From Candidatus Hydrogenedentota bacterium (GTDB lineage Bacteria > Hydrogenedentota > Hydrogenedentia > Hydrogenedentales > CAILVY01): a DNA stretch of 64,000 nt. The translations under genes and the position numbers were made by a program. The first letter of the stretch is position 1, and each line of letters begins with the position of its first letter. This document shows, in pieces, positions 19,712 through 29,638 of the stretch. The notes below the pieces were generated by a model, which saw nothing but the letters and a program-made list of their open reading frames with translations, was not told where the DNA came from and ran no database searches. The DNA is taken from positions 640 to 64,639 of the forward strand of contig CAILVY010000285.1 in the NCBI GenBank assembly GCA_903837785.1, read 5' to 3'.

Positions 19712-22360
19712 ATGCGCGCATATCTTCGCCCCATGCTGATTCTGGGCCTGTTGCTGTCGGCGCTGCCGCACACGGCATCCGCGGCGAAAGTCGAAGAGGT
19801 CGTCGTGGTTTTCAAGACGCACTTCGACATCGGCTACACGGATCTCAAGGACAAGGTGATCGAACGTTACCGCACCTCGATGGTGGACAAGGCGCTCGAT
19901 CTCATCGATGACAGCGAATCCATGCCCCCGGAACAGCGCTTCCGCTGGACCGTGCCCGGATGGCCGCTCTCGCAATTGCTTTGGCCCGGTCAGAGCATCG
20001 AGCGCCGCAACCGGATCCTGAAGGCCATGAACGACGGACGCCTGGCGTGGCATGCCCTGCCGTTCACCACGCACACGGAATCGCTGGACATGGAAGATCT
20101 TGTGCGCGGCCTGCGCTTCTCTTCGCAGCTCTCGCGCGACCTGAGCATGGAACTTCCGCGCGATGCGAAGATGACGGATGTCCCGTGCCATTCCTGGTTC
20201 ATGCCCACCCTGCTCAAGTACGCCGGCGTGGACTTCCTCCATATCGGGTGCAATGCCGCCTCGGGCAGCCCGCGCGTGCCGATGCTGTTCTGGTGGGAAG
20301 GCCCCGGCGGCGCGCGCCTGATGACCTGCTATGTTGCCGAGGCCTATGGCACCGGCCTGATCCCGCCCGAGAATTGGCCCTACAAGACCTGGCTCGCCAT
20401 GATCATGACCGGCGACAACCAGGGGCCGCCCAGCCCCAAGGACGTCCTCGGGATTATCCGGAATGCCGAGAAGGAGTTGCCCGGCGTCACAGTGCGTTTC
20501 GGGCGGCTCTCCGACTTCTCCGATGCCATCCTCAAGGAACAGGCCGAACTGCCCGTGGTCCGCGGCGACATGCCCGACACGTGGATTCACGGCCTCGGCT
20601 CCATGCCCATCGAAACGAAACTCGCCCGCAACATCCATCCGCGCATCGCCGCACTCGAATCGCTCCACACGCTTCTGGGCCTCTGGGGTGCGGGGCCCGA
20701 ACCGATCGGCGAAACGATCGACAAAGCCTATGAGAGCAGCCTGCTCTACGGCGAACACACCTGGGGGCTCGACGGGAAGAACCCGGGCCCGTACCGCTAC
20801 GGCGAGGACTGGAAGAAGGCGCGAGATGAAGGCGTCTACAAGAAACTCGAACAGGCCTCGGACGACCACCGCGCCTACATCCGCGATGCCGCGCATGGCA
20901 CGAACGCCGCCTTGATCCAGCGCATGGACACCCTCGCCCGCCACGTGAACTCCGAGGGCAAGCGCATCGTCGTGTTCAATCCGCTCCCCTGGAAACGGAA
21001 CGCGTTGATCACGCTCCCCCGAATCGAAAGCGCCCACCTCGCGATGAAAGACCTCGAGGCCGGAAAGACGCTGCCTGTGGGCGAGGATGATTTCGCACTC
21101 CGATTCGTAGCCGCGGATCTACCCCCCATGGGCTACAAGACCTTCGTTCCCGTCGAGGCCGCGGAGGCCAAGGACGAAGCATGGGCGGAGGCCGCGGGCA
21201 ACCTCCTGCGGACAAATAACTTCGAATTGGCCGTGGACCCCGAGCGCGGCGGCATCGTCTCCCTTGTCGACCGCGCCTCCGGACGCGAACTCGTATCGCG
21301 CGCACCGGACGCCGCCCTCGGGCGCTATCTCTATCAGCGCTTCGATCGCGGCAACACGGAGGAGTTCATCAACGCCTACGTGAAGCAGCCCAAAGAAGAT
21401 TGGGCGCAGGCGGATTTCGGCAAACAGAACCTGCCCGCCGACCCGCGCGCGGCTGCGTTTCCGCGCTTTGACTCCGTCGCATTCCGCATGGACAGCGTGT
21501 GTGCGAAGGCCGTCCTGCGCACTGAACCCCAAGGCATCCTGAAGGACGCCGTCACGCTCACGATCACCCTGTATCGCGAATTCCCGTATGTGGACCTCGA
21601 ATGGGCCATCGACAAGAAGACGCCGGATCCCTGGCCGGAAGGTGGCTGGCTCTGTCTCCCGTTCAACCTCGAAGAACCCGCCTTCCGCCTCGGACGGCTT
21701 GGTTCGGTGATCGACCCGGTCAAGGACACAATTCCGGGAAGCAACCGCCGCCTCTTCTGCTTGAGTTCCGGCATGACTCTCGTCGGCAAGGACGGTTTCG
21801 GCGCCGGCATCTGCCCGTTGGACGCGCCCCTCGTGAGCCTCGGCGAGCCCGGCCTCTGGAAACACACGCCGGACTATGTCCCCACGTCCGCCAGCGTCTA
21901 TGTCAATCTCTTCAACAACCAGTGGTCCACGAACTTCCCCCTGTGGGTGGACGGGACCTGGACCTCGCGCGTGCGGCTCTGGACGGTGCGCGGCGGCCAT
22001 GACGAAGCCGCGCTGATAACGCCTTCGTGGGAATCGCGCACGGAGTGTCCTGCCGCCTGGTACGAGGGGCCGGCGGGGCATCTTCCCGTGGCGCAGGCGG
22101 GCCTCGAACTCACCCGGAAAGGCGTGTTGATCACCGCCTTTGGCCCCAATCCCGACGGCGCGGGGCTCGTGCTCCGATGCTGGGAACAGGCCGGCCTTGG
22201 CGATGCCTGCAGCATCAAGCTGCCGAAGTCCATGAAGGGTTATGCTTTCCAGCCCGTCGACCTGCGCGGCCGCACCGCCGGCGAAGCAATCACCGCGGAC
22301 GAGCAGGTCCCGCTCCCGTTGAAACCGTTCAGCCCCGTAAGCTACCTCCTGAAACCCTGA
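19712..22360 (+). CDS. Secreted GH38-like (alpha-mannosidase N-terminal fold) glycoside hydrolase
   Basis: Signal peptide, KTHFDIGYTD metal motif, MTDVP, GDNQGPP, YGEHTWG, VVFNPLPW. Confidence 0.75.
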   Translation: MRAYLRPMLILGLLLSALPHTASAAKVEEVVVVFKTHFDIGYTDLKDKVIERYRTSMVDKALDLIDDSESMPPEQRFRWTVPGWPLSQLLWPGQSIERRNRILKAMNDGRLAWHALPFTTHTESLDMEDLVRGLRFSSQLSRDLSMELPRDAKMTDVPCHSWFMPTLLKYAGVDFLHIGCNAASGSPRVPMLFWWEGPGGARLMTCYVAEAYGTGLIPPENWPYKTWLAMIMTGDNQGPPSPKDVLGIIRNAEKELPGVTVRFGRLSDFSDAILKEQAELPVVRGDMPDTWIHGLGSMPIETKLARNIHPRIAALESLHTLLGLWGAGPEPIGETIDKAYESSLLYGEHTWGLDGKNPGPYRYGEDWKKARDEGVYKKLEQASDDHRAYIRDAAHGTNAALIQRMDTLARHVNSEGKRIVVFNPLPWKRNALITLPRIESAHLAMKDLEAGKTLPVGEDDFALRFVAADLPPMGYKTFVPVEAAEAKDEAWAEAAGNLLRTNNFELAVDPERGGIVSLVDRASGRELVSRAPDAALGRYLYQRFDRGNTEEFINAYVKQPKEDWAQADFGKQNLPADPRAAAFPRFDSVAFRMDSVCAKAVLRTEPQGILKDAVTLTITLYREFPYVDLEWAIDKKTPDPWPEGGWLCLPFNLEEPAFRLGRLGSVIDPVKDTIPGSNRRLFCLSSGMTLVGKDGFGAGICPLDAPLVSLGEPGLWKHTPDYVPTSASVYVNLFNNQWSTNFPLWVDGTWTSRVRLWTVRGGHDEAALITPSWESRTECPAAWYEGPAGHLPVAQAGLELTRKGVLITAFGPNPDGAGLVLRCWEQAGLGDACSIKLPKSMKGYAFQPVDLRGRTAGEAITADEQVPLPLKPFSPVSYLLKP

Positions 22361-22377
22361 ACCGGCGCAGCATCCGA

Positions 22378-24621
22378 TTATCGGAACGTGAGGTGTTCGT
22401 TCGAGGTCTGGCGTAGCGTCTTGATGAGGAAGTCCGAGATGGTGCTCTCGGAGGCATCGGCGATGGGCAGTGCGGTCTCCGTGAGCATGCCGTACGCGAG
22501 CCGTTCGTGGAATCGGCCTTCGAGCCGCACGGTCTCCATCGGACTCAGCCCGCTGCCGCGGACGGCCCGCACGCCGGTGCTGTAACGCGGTTCATCGCCT
22601 TCGGATTCCAGCTTTAGGGTGGCCGCGGCCGTCTTGGGGAACGCCTGAAGGTCGAGCGCGGCAAAACGCGCACTCACGGCGGCATCGTTGTTCTGGGCGG
22701 GCGCCAGTCGCAGTCCGGTGCGCTCGCCGTGACGGCGGCACGCCTCGCGCAAACGTTCCAGGATGCGTTCCGCGGCCTCGGCCGCCTCTTCGCTCGTGTG
22801 CATCTCGCTGCGCAGCAGGGCGTGCAGGCACTCATTCAGCCCGTCCACCGCCACGAGACAGACGGCCTCGGAGAGATCAACGTACGGCCGGCCATCGCGG
22901 GTGGAGGCCAGCAGGCTTAGCGGGCGCTGTCCGGTTTCGTCCAGCAGACCCACAATGAAATCATGCTTCTCCTGATGCGCCATGGCCGCGAGCGCGACCA
23001 GCCGGTCCAACTCATCATAGAGCGCGGCCTCTTTCCCGCTCATGTACGCCGCGCGCGGCAGATTCAGCGTGACTTGCTGCAAGGCGACATTTGCGGGACG
23101 CCACGGGGCGCGCGGCGATCCGTCGTTTCGCCCGAAGACATAGTGCGCATGGCGCGCCGCGCGTGCGGCGTGATTCAGGAAGCCTTCCGCGCCGGGCCAC
23201 AGACCGAAGTCCGTCCCGACCTCAATCCACGGCACGGGGGCCAGCACGGCCTCGCCGTTCTCCGCCAGCACATCGAGCAGCGCCCAGGCTATCTGCTGGG
23301 CGGTGGACTCATAGGCGCCATAGGCCTTGCCCGAAGGCGCGCCGTCCGGCCCGATGGCTTCCACCCCGCGCAGCCACGCCGGCACCCGCCAGCACAGCCG
23401 CACGCCCGCGCCCGGTGCGCCGCGCGTCAGCGCGCGGTAGGCAAACTCATACACCAGCATTCGCACGAAGCGTTCGATCTGCTCCGCGCCCCAGCCCTGA
23501 AGGAAGGGTGCGAGGAATACGTTGAGCGCATCCCACTGGGGCGGCTCCGTGAACAGCTCCTGATAGACCTCGGTGGCCCGGAGCAGTTGCGCCAGAAGCG
23601 TGTCCGCGTGTTTGGCCGGACCCGAGAAGTCCCGCGCTCCCGTCAGGCTCACGCCATAGCGCACCAGGTACTCCGGCGAGTGGGTCGCCGAAAACAGCCG
23701 GTCCACCTGCTCGATGTGATGCAGGTGAATTTCGCCCCGGAGATGCGCCTCGGTGACCGGCGTTGAGAAGACCTGGGCGAGCGCATACTCCTTCTTGACC
23801 ATCTGCGCCAGCGTGCGATCCGTTGCGGCGGGGCTCTGCCCGGCCGTGTCCGCCGTCGCGCCCCGGATGATCCGTTCGCTGTCGTACAGCGGAACGCCCA
23901 AGCGCTGATGCCGCGTCCGGTAGGCGTCCAGGCCGTGCTCCACCAGCCGCGCATCGACCAGCTCGCGCACGAGCGCCGTGGTCAGCGTCGTTATCCGCGC
24001 TTTCTCAATCTGCTGCTCGACTTCCACCGCAATCATGAGCGCCGCGGGACGCTCCAGCCCGGTTTCCCGCACCAGCGCCTCGATGATCTTCTCGCGATCC
24101 CACGCGCTCAGCGTGTCCGCGCTCGTCCGCACCAGCAGGGCGTCGCGGTGGCCGCGCAGGGCTTCCTGCTCGTGTTTCGCCTCCGCCAGCTCGCTCAGCA
24201 GCGCGCGCATGTCGCCCTCGCGGAGCCGGCGGATGCGCGCACGCCGGTCCCGGTACCGCGCATAGGCCAGCGCCGTCCGCCCGTGTGCCATGTGGATAAG
24301 CACCCGTTCAACCGCGTCGTGCACCTGGTCCACGGTCGGCGCCTGCGCGCCCAGCCGTTTCGTCAGGTAGATCGTCACCGCGGAAGCGAGGTGTTCGGCG
24401 AGGTCATAGTCCTGGCCGCCGGCCGACTGCGCCGCCTTAAAGATGGCCCGGGCGATTTTGTGCTTGTTAAAGGGTTCCTGGCGGCCGTCCCGCTTGATGA
24501 TGGCCTGGAACGGCACTTGCCGTTCGAGCGTCGGAAAGGGCAATGGCATCTGGGCGTCGAAAAGCCCTTCGGGACCCGTCCAGTCCGGGTCAAAAAGATC
24601 GCCCTGCCGTTCCCAGTCCAT
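22378..24621 (-). CDS. nrdD: Class III ribonucleotide reductase-like protein with two ATP cones; catalytic residues and glycyl-radical domain absent
   Basis: IIKRDGRQEPFNKHKIARAI and LVRTS...WDREKIIEALVRETG cones, AHLRGEIHLH, QVTLNLPRAAY, GLNEC, ARFAALD; no C-terminal Zn site or RxxGY. Confidence 0.8.
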   Translation of the reverse strand: MDWERQGDLFDPDWTGPEGLFDAQMPLPFPTLERQVPFQAIIKRDGRQEPFNKHKIARAIFKAAQSAGGQDYDLAEHLASAVTIYLTKRLGAQAPTVDQVHDAVERVLIHMAHGRTALAYARYRDRRARIRRLREGDMRALLSELAEAKHEQEALRGHRDALLVRTSADTLSAWDREKIIEALVRETGLERPAALMIAVEVEQQIEKARITTLTTALVRELVDARLVEHGLDAYRTRHQRLGVPLYDSERIIRGATADTAGQSPAATDRTLAQMVKKEYALAQVFSTPVTEAHLRGEIHLHHIEQVDRLFSATHSPEYLVRYGVSLTGARDFSGPAKHADTLLAQLLRATEVYQELFTEPPQWDALNVFLAPFLQGWGAEQIERFVRMLVYEFAYRALTRGAPGAGVRLCWRVPAWLRGVEAIGPDGAPSGKAYGAYESTAQQIAWALLDVLAENGEAVLAPVPWIEVGTDFGLWPGAEGFLNHAARAARHAHYVFGRNDGSPRAPWRPANVALQQVTLNLPRAAYMSGKEAALYDELDRLVALAAMAHQEKHDFIVGLLDETGQRPLSLLASTRDGRPYVDLSEAVCLVAVDGLNECLHALLRSEMHTSEEAAEAAERILERLREACRRHGERTGLRLAPAQNNDAAVSARFAALDLQAFPKTAAATLKLESEGDEPRYSTGVRAVRGSGLSPMETVRLEGRFHERLAYGMLTETALPIADASESTISDFLIKTLRQTSNEHLTFR

Positions 24622-24842
24622 GTGCACCTGATTATCCCGCGGTTGGCGGCGCTTCCCCGGCGCCGTGAAGAGTGAAAGTGTACCGAATACCCGGACTCCG
24701 TGGCAAGGCGTCTGCGGCCGGGTGTCTGGGGTCCGGGCGTGCAAAGGAGGTCGGGCGGCCGCTTGCAAACTCGGGCCTGCCCGTGATACGCCTTAGCGTG
24801 GCATATCGGGCTGCGGCCAGCCCGGAGAAGGAGACTGATTCC

Positions 24843-27800
24843 ATGTTGAGTGCGGCAATGTGTGTGGCGGGCGTGCTGATTTCGGCGGTAGCGGGCATGC
24901 CATCGGAGGTCGATCTGGAAGCGGGCTTCAGCACGCCGCTGGCGGAGTATTCCCCCGTGCCCATCTGGTGGTGGAGCGGAGACCGGGTCGAGCGCGATCA
25001 AGTGAAGTATCAGCTCGAACGCCTGGCGCAGGGTGGAATCCACAACGCGATCATCCTCAACCTCGCGCCGTCAGGGCCGCTCTACGGCAGTGGAGCCGAC
25101 GATCCCCCCTTTCTCACGGAGGCCTGGTGGGATCTTTTCGGCTATGCGCTCGGCGAGGCAAAGCGCGTGGGCGTCCGCTTATGGTTCTATGATCAGCTCG
25201 GCTTCTCCGGAGCAGGACTCCAGGCGCGTGTGGTGCGCGATCACCCCGATTTCCGGGGAATCGCGCTGTGCCGTGAATTCCGCGACGTGGACGGCCCGGC
25301 CAGCGTCGAAATACCCGTGCCGCCCTCCGGCACCGCGCTCGCCGCATTCGTCGCGGTCCTGGCGGAAATCCCCAAGAATCCCAATGTGGCGCGGTGGATC
25401 TGGGACGGCCGGGCGGCCGAGGACACGTGCACCCGCCAGTTCCGGCGCAGCTTCGCTCTCACAAGCGTGCCGGCGAAGGCCCGGCTCGCGCTTTCCTGCG
25501 ACAACGGCTACGTCGCGTACGTGAACGGAACCAAGCTGGGCGAAGAGCATCTTTACGGCCGGGAAGGCTGGGGGCGGGCCGAAAGCTTCGAGATCGCGCC
25601 CTATTTGCGGGAGGGCCGCAACGTGGTAGCCATCACCGGCGAGAACCTCGGCGGGCTCGCCGGGCTGATCGCCGAGATTCGTCTTGGCGAGGACGACGCT
25701 GCGCGCCTGATCGTCAGCGACAACAGCTTCCGCTTCAGCGCGGAGGCGCCCGAAGGCTGGACCGGGCCGGATTTTGACGACTCGTTGTGGTTGCTCGCGA
25801 AAGAGCTGGGCGCGCCCCCGATGGCCCCGTGGGGCGGGATCGAGGGGATCTCCCCGGGCGACAGCGCCGCCCTGGGCACGCCCATCCGCCATGTGAAGAA
25901 CATCACCGAGCAGATCACGGAGGGCGTGCTCCGCTGCGAGGCGCCGCAGGGAAAGCACCGCGTCATGCTCTTCTACACGGCGCCGGGCGGTTTCGACTAT
26001 CAGAATCCCGCGGCCGGCGCCGCCTTGATCGACGTCGTGCACGGCGAAATGGCGCGGCGCTTTCCCGAAGAACTCGGGAAAACGATCGCCGGTTCGTTCC
26101 AGGATGAGTTCCCCGAGCTGCCCCGATTCTCCAAGCGCATGCTGGAGCGCTTTGTCCAGTACGCGGGCTACAAGCTCGAGGACAAACTCCCCGCGCTCTT
26201 CGATGACGTTACGGACCGCTTCATGGACGCCGGCGGCCCGGCGACCGCCCAGATCCGCTGCGATGCGAGCCGCGTGGCGGCGCAACTGTGCGAAGAAGCC
26301 TTCTTCATTCCCCTGCAGCAATGGCACGATCAGTACGGCATGCTCTGCGGCTACGATCAGTGCGTGCGCAATGCTGACCCGATCCGAGGCGAACACTATT
26401 ACATCGATTATTTCAAGACGATGCGGCATTTCTCCGCCCCGGGCAATGACATGGACGGAGACGCCAAGCCGCATGAGTCTATCGCGGACCTGTACAACCG
26501 GCCGCGGGTCTGGTGCGAAGCGTTTCACTCGAGCGGCTGGGGACAGACGCTCGAGGAAATCTCGGTCCTGATGCATCCCTGGCTCGTGAACGGCGCCACA
26601 CTCTTCGATCCGCACGCCATCTACTACTCGATCCACGGCTCGTACTGGGAATGGGCGCCGCCGGACACCGGTTGGCGCCAGCCCTACTACGTCCACTACG
26701 CCACGTTCTCCGATTACGTATCGCGGCTCTGCTACGTGCTTTCGCAAGGCGAGCATGCGGTGCACGCGGCGGTGCTGCACCCCGCCGCCACGATCCATGC
26801 GTATACGGGCTTCGGCGACACCGGCACGGCCGGGATGGAAGCGGAGAATCTCTATTGGGGCGTCCAAGACGCGCTGCAGGGCGAACGCCTCGACTACATC
26901 GTCATAGACGAAGATTCCATTCAACGCGCGCCGGTGCGGAACGGTGAACTGACGGCGGGGAAAGTCCGCCTGAACACGCTCGTATTGCCGGGCACGCGGG
27001 TGCTCGCAGGCAAGACGATCGAGAAGTTGGGCGTGTTTGCCGAGGCCGGTGGCAACGTGATCTTCCTCGGCCCGCTGCCCGAAGCGCAATCGGATCAAGC
27101 GTTGGCGCCTGAGGAGTTCAAGCTCCTGCTCGACGCCCTGCTGGCAAAAGGCGCACACACGGAGGACGCCGCCACCGCGCTTCAGGCGGTCAGCACAAAC
27201 GCGCCGCGCGCAGCCGCCGAACGCATCCCGGCCATCGAGCGCAGGATTGGGGAGCGTGAATTCTTCCTCCTGCTTTCGGACGACGCCACGCCGGCCAACG
27301 GCCAGGCGCGCTTTGACATCAACCACCGCAAGCTGTATGAAACCGCCGCCGCGCAAGGGGCGCGCTGGCCGGTTACGCTGAGCGGCGACGGCATCCCGCA
27401 GTACTGGAATGCGCTGACGGGAGAGATTGCGCCCGTGCTCAACTATCGCCGTTCGCCCAAGACGCCGGATCGCGCGGCGGGCACGCGGGTGGATCTCGAT
27501 CTCGCGGCCACGCCGGCGCCGCTCGTTTCGCTGCGGACGCCCAAGCCGGAAGAGCCCCTCGCCATCGAGTCCAACCTGGAAATCGCGGCCTGCACGCGAG
27601 ACGGCGATACGCTCGCCCTGACGGGATTCCCGCGGCTCGACAGGACACAGCCTGCGCCCGGCGAATACAGTGCCCGTGTCGAGTTTGCCGATGCCGCATT
27701 CGAAGGCAAGCAGCCGGCCGCCGCACTGAAGACCCTCAACATCGATGGCCCGCTGGCGTGCCGCCTCGAAACGACCTGCGACAACCACGACGGCAGTTTC

Positions 27801-28904
27801 GCCTGGCCGCCGTCGGCCGGTCCCATCCCCGTGGAAACGCGGGCATTCCAGTATCACGAAGAGACGGCGGGCGAGGATGCCGCGCCGTTTTTGCGTCCGG
27901 ATTTTGACGATGCGGCGTGGACGCCCGCCCTGGCCTCGTTCGGACCGCGTGCGGAATGGGCCGGACCCCTCCCGCAGAAGATGGACGAGATTTCCGTGCC
28001 GCCGCAAGACGCGGACAAGTGGCACGCGGCCGTGTACTCGCTGAAACTGGGAATCAATGAGGATCCGGTCTTTGCCAGTGCGCTGGGCGGCAAGGGCCGC
28101 ATCCCCGATGAGTTTCTGGACCTCGGCGAAGTGAAAGCGGGCGAGACGTTTCTGGCGCGCGCCACGATCCTCCTGCCTTCGAGCGCGCCCGGCGCGGAAA
28201 ACGGATTGGATGCCACGCTCCGCGTGGGCGCCGTGGCGAAGAAGCGGGTCTTCCTCAATGGCCAGGAAGTCCCGCTCCAGGGCAATCCGGAAACCCGCGT
28301 GCAGCGTGCGGAAGTGCGCCTGCAGCCCGGCCCCAATCGTCTCGAACTGCTCTTGGCCCGTCCGTCGGACGGAGTCCTGCGGGCCTTCTATCAGTTTGCG
28401 CCCGTGGGCGAGATGCCACCCGACCCGGAATGGATTTGGAGTCCCGCAGCCAGCCCCACGGGCAAGACCCTCTTCTCGAAACAGCTCGACGTGACCGGGC
28501 CGATTCGCAGCGCGGCCATGTGCGTGGCGCTCGGCGGCTTGCATCAGATCCGGATCAACGGAGAACTCGTGGCGGATCAGGGCAACTTCGATCCGTACTT
28601 CACGAGCCGTGCCGAACGCTATGATATTGCCCGTTTCGTCAGACCCGGGCAGAACGTGCTGGAAATCGAGGCGGCAGACGCCGGCGCCGCCGTCGGACTG
28701 CTCCTGGACGGCCTCATCACGCTCGAAGACGGCAAGGAAATCGCCTTCGTCTCGGATGCCACGTTTAGTGCGGCGCCCGTCGGCGCCACTGGCACGCCCC
28801 CGGCGCCCGCACGGCTACTCGCGGGACCCGCACAGGGCTACATGGGCGATCCGGCAAACCTGTTGCTCCGGCCGCGGCCGCACCCGCTCCCCTATGCGGG
28901 CTGA
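24843..28904 (+). CDS. Large secreted GH106-like (alpha-L-rhamnosidase-type) glycoside hydrolase, main part; frame continues past the TGA to 29609
   Basis: Signal peptide, AAGGAG RBS, PVPIWWWSG, LWFYD, FQDE, WCEAFHSSGWG, two WIW...VNG beta-sandwich modules. Confidence 0.75.
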   Translation: MLSAAMCVAGVLISAVAGMPSEVDLEAGFSTPLAEYSPVPIWWWSGDRVERDQVKYQLERLAQGGIHNAIILNLAPSGPLYGSGADDPPFLTEAWWDLFGYALGEAKRVGVRLWFYDQLGFSGAGLQARVVRDHPDFRGIALCREFRDVDGPASVEIPVPPSGTALAAFVAVLAEIPKNPNVARWIWDGRAAEDTCTRQFRRSFALTSVPAKARLALSCDNGYVAYVNGTKLGEEHLYGREGWGRAESFEIAPYLREGRNVVAITGENLGGLAGLIAEIRLGEDDAARLIVSDNSFRFSAEAPEGWTGPDFDDSLWLLAKELGAPPMAPWGGIEGISPGDSAALGTPIRHVKNITEQITEGVLRCEAPQGKHRVMLFYTAPGGFDYQNPAAGAALIDVVHGEMARRFPEELGKTIAGSFQDEFPELPRFSKRMLERFVQYAGYKLEDKLPALFDDVTDRFMDAGGPATAQIRCDASRVAAQLCEEAFFIPLQQWHDQYGMLCGYDQCVRNADPIRGEHYYIDYFKTMRHFSAPGNDMDGDAKPHESIADLYNRPRVWCEAFHSSGWGQTLEEISVLMHPWLVNGATLFDPHAIYYSIHGSYWEWAPPDTGWRQPYYVHYATFSDYVSRLCYVLSQGEHAVHAAVLHPAATIHAYTGFGDTGTAGMEAENLYWGVQDALQGERLDYIVIDEDSIQRAPVRNGELTAGKVRLNTLVLPGTRVLAGKTIEKLGVFAEAGGNVIFLGPLPEAQSDQALAPEEFKLLLDALLAKGAHTEDAATALQAVSTNAPRAAAERIPAIERRIGEREFFLLLSDDATPANGQARFDINHRKLYETAAAQGARWPVTLSGDGIPQYWNALTGEIAPVLNYRRSPKTPDRAAGTRVDLDLAATPAPLVSLRTPKPEEPLAIESNLEIAACTRDGDTLALTGFPRLDRTQPAPGEYSARVEFADAAFEGKQPAAALKTLNIDGPLACRLETTCDNHDGSFAWPPSAGPIPVETRAFQYHEETAGEDAAPFLRPDFDDAAWTPALASFGPRAEWAGPLPQKMDEISVPPQDADKWHAAVYSLKLGINEDPVFASALGGKGRIPDEFLDLGEVKAGETFLARATILLPSSAPGAENGLDATLRVGAVAKKRVFLNGQEVPLQGNPETRVQRAEVRLQPGPNRLELLLARPSDGVLRAFYQFAPVGEMPPDPEWIWSPAASPTGKTLFSKQLDVTGPIRSAAMCVALGGLHQIRINGELVADQGNFDPYFTSRAERYDIARFVRPGQNVLEIEAADAGAAVGLLLDGLITLEDGKEIAFVSDATFSAAPVGATGTPPAPARLLAGPAQGYMGDPANLLLRPRPHPLPYAG

Positions 28905-29609
28905 CTGCTGAATCAGCCCGCGCCGCCCGCGCCGTTCGATCAACTGGCCTATGCCGCGAACGACGCCACGCCCGCCCCCGGCTGGTTCCGCTTCCTCCTG
29001 CCGCCGGGAGCCACCGCGCTCACGCTCGACACCCCCGGCGATGTCAGGCTGTACGTGAACGGCGAGGAATCGGCCGTGGAGAAAACCGGGACACGATGCG
29101 ACGCGGCGTTGCCGCATCCGGATGCGCCCAGGCGTGTTGCCGCGCTCCGCATACAGTCCGTCCCGGGGTACGCGCAGGGCGCCGCGATCACCGGCCCCGT
29201 CACGTACACGATGGGCTCCGGCAGAATGCCCTTCGGCTCCTGGGATGAACTGGGCCTGCCGCACTACGCGGGCGGCGTCGTCTACAGCGCGGAAATCACG
29301 CTGCCGGAGAAGATCGCGGGAAGCACTGTCCTCGATCTCGGGCGCGTGCGCGGCAGCGTGGATGTGTCCGTCAACGGGACCGGGTGCGGCACGCGCATCT
29401 GGCATCCCTACCGCTTCGATGTTTCCAAGGCGGTGAGGCCCGGCGCGAACACCCTGGAGATCCGCGTCTTCAACACCCTCGGTCCGCATTTCGCCATGGG
29501 GCATCCCAGCCAGCATGTTCGCGACAACCAGACGCAGTCGGGACTCTTCGGCCCAGTATCCGTCACAGTATTGCCGCAGGTGGACTTCAAGCTGAGCAAG
29601 GCCAAGTAA
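28905..29609 (+). pseudogene. In-frame C-terminal continuation of the GH106-like gene (sugar-binding beta-sandwich) after a single TGA
   Basis: Same frame with no stop from 28905 to TAA 29609; LGLPHYAGGVVY, LDLGRV, WHPYRFDV, GANTLEIRVFNT, SGLFGPV. Confidence 0.7.
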
Positions 29610-29638
29610 CCTCTGAACCGAAACCACGAGTGAAGCGC

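Noticed and set aside
28902-28904. Genome-wide UGA reassignment or selenocysteine
   Set aside because: Many genes here end in TGA with ATGA overlaps; the context suggests Trp rather than Cys, and the hairpin encloses the codon instead of lying downstream like a bacterial SECIS
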